Shown: piece by piece, positions 62,667-64,000 of the stretch
Position numbering within the stretch: the stretch's first letter is position 1
How the letters are laid out: every line of letters begins with the position of its first letter
Assembly (NCBI GenBank): GCA_036689375.1
Contig: CP144808.1
Coordinates: 20,927 to 84,926, forward strand
DNA: 64,000 nt
Reading direction: 5' to 3'
DNA from: Candidatus Stammera capleta
GTDB taxonomy: Bacteria > Pseudomonadota > Gammaproteobacteria > Enterobacterales > Enterobacteriaceae
Made by a program: the position numbers and the translations under genes
The notes under the pieces: generated by a model
Seen by the model: the letters and a program-made list of their open reading frames with translations, nothing else
What the model was told of the DNA's origin: nothing
The model's database searches: none

Positions 62667-64000
62667 ATGTTGAAAATATTTAATACATTAAGTAAAAAAA
62701 AAGAAGTTTTTATACCTAGAAATAAAAATAAGGTTAATATATATGTTTGTGGTGTTACTATATCTAATTATTGTCATATAGGTCATGGTCGTACATTTTA
62801 TTTTTTTGATATTTTAATAAGATATTTAATATATTTAGGATATAAGTGTAATTATATTCGTAATATTACTGATATTAGTGATAAATTAATAAATAATATA
62901 AAAAATATTGATGATTTTAAAATATTATCAAATACTATGATAAATAGTATGAATAATGATTTTTTAAATTTAGGTTTTTTAAAACCTAATTTTGAACCAA
63001 AAATAAGTGATAATATTAATTTAATTATTTTTTATATAAAAAAATTATTAAATAATAATTATGCTTTTATAGACTCATATGGAAATATTTTATATAAAAA
63101 TAAAAAAAGAAATGGTAATAATTTTATATTATGAAAAATTATTAATAATAAAAATAAAGAAAATTTTTTTAGAGGATGAAATTCTCCTTGAGGAAATGGT
63201 ATTCCTGGTTGACATATAGGATGTTGTGTTTTAAGTAATTATTATTTATCTAATATTGATATTCATGGTGGAGGTTTAGATTTATTATTTCCTCATCATG
63301 AAAATGAAATTTTGTTATCTGAATATATTTTTAAAAATAAAAATTTTGTAAATTATTGAATTCATTCAGGATTAGTTTTATATAATAATTGTAAGTTATC
63401 TAAATCTGTTAATAATTATTTTTTAATAAATGATATATTAAAAATGTATCATGTAGATGTTGTTAAATATTTTTTAATGTCAACTCATTATAGAAAAAAA
63501 ATATTTTTTAGTTTAGATAAATTAGATTTTTATAAAACAGTAATTAATAAGTTATATTTTTCTTTAAAAGATTTAAATTTAAATATTAATTTTTTAAAAA
63601 GTGATTTAAAATATTTTATTGAATTTGATGATCGTTTTATTAAATTTATGAATGATGATTTTAATATTCCTAAAGTATATAGTATTATTTTTTATATGAT
63701 TAATGAAATTAATAGACTTAAAAAAAAAAATAAATATATTTTAGCTAGTAAATTAGGTATTAAAATGTGTAATTTATTAAAGATAATAGGTTTATTAAAT
63801 TCAAATATAGAAGATTATTTTAAAAATAAAAAAATTTTAGATATTAGATTTGTAAATTTTAATATAATTAATAAAATAAAAAAATTAATAAAAATAAGAA
63901 ATATTGCTCGTTTAAAAAAAAGATGAAATATTGCTGATTATATTCGTAAAAGATTAAAAAAAAATAATATTTTTTTAATAGATTATAAAAAAAAAAATTT
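62667..64000 (+). CDS. cysS: Cysteine--tRNA ligase (3' end outside window)
   Basis: [59 protein letters not shown] and KLSKS motifs. The frame is still open at position 64000. Confidence 0.94.

Overview
This 64 kb window is extremely AT-rich and gene-dense. It looks like the core genome of a highly reduced Enterobacterales-derived (gammaproteobacterial) endosymbiont. Gene order follows E. coli blocks: mreCD-tldD, rplM-rpsI, rpsF-rpsR-rplI, and an rrnC-like operon (16S, tRNA-Glu, 23S, 5S, tRNA-Asp). It continues with orn/tRNA-Gly/tsaE/miaA/hflX/rlmB, def-fmt, the complete str/S10/spc/alpha ribosomal-protein supercluster, glyQS, and mrdA-rodA-dacA. The last blocks are dnaKJ, speAB/metK and rlmN-rodZ-hisS-der. 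The standard-code ORF track is fragmented almost everywhere. The breaks are in-frame TGA codons that align with conserved Trp residues, so UGA is read as Trp (table 4-like), and every closable CDS ends in TAA or TAG. With that code I annotate 70 CDS, 3 rRNAs, 5 tRNAs and RNase P RNA. I found no mobile elements, CRISPR arrays or obvious accessory islands. Other points are:
- a CCC-UGA +1 frameshift site in tsaE;
- tRNAs embedded between CDS with spacers of only 2-17 nt;
- a duplicated boxA-like 17-mer and rRNA processing stems;
- a retained peptidoglycan elongasome with a truncated RodZ;
- a retained speA-speB-metK module;
- A/T homopolymers of 11-17 nt inside essential genes;
- clean excision of priB, hfq, rpmD, ispG and bamB from conserved operons.
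All coordinates come from manual reading, and no database search was possible.
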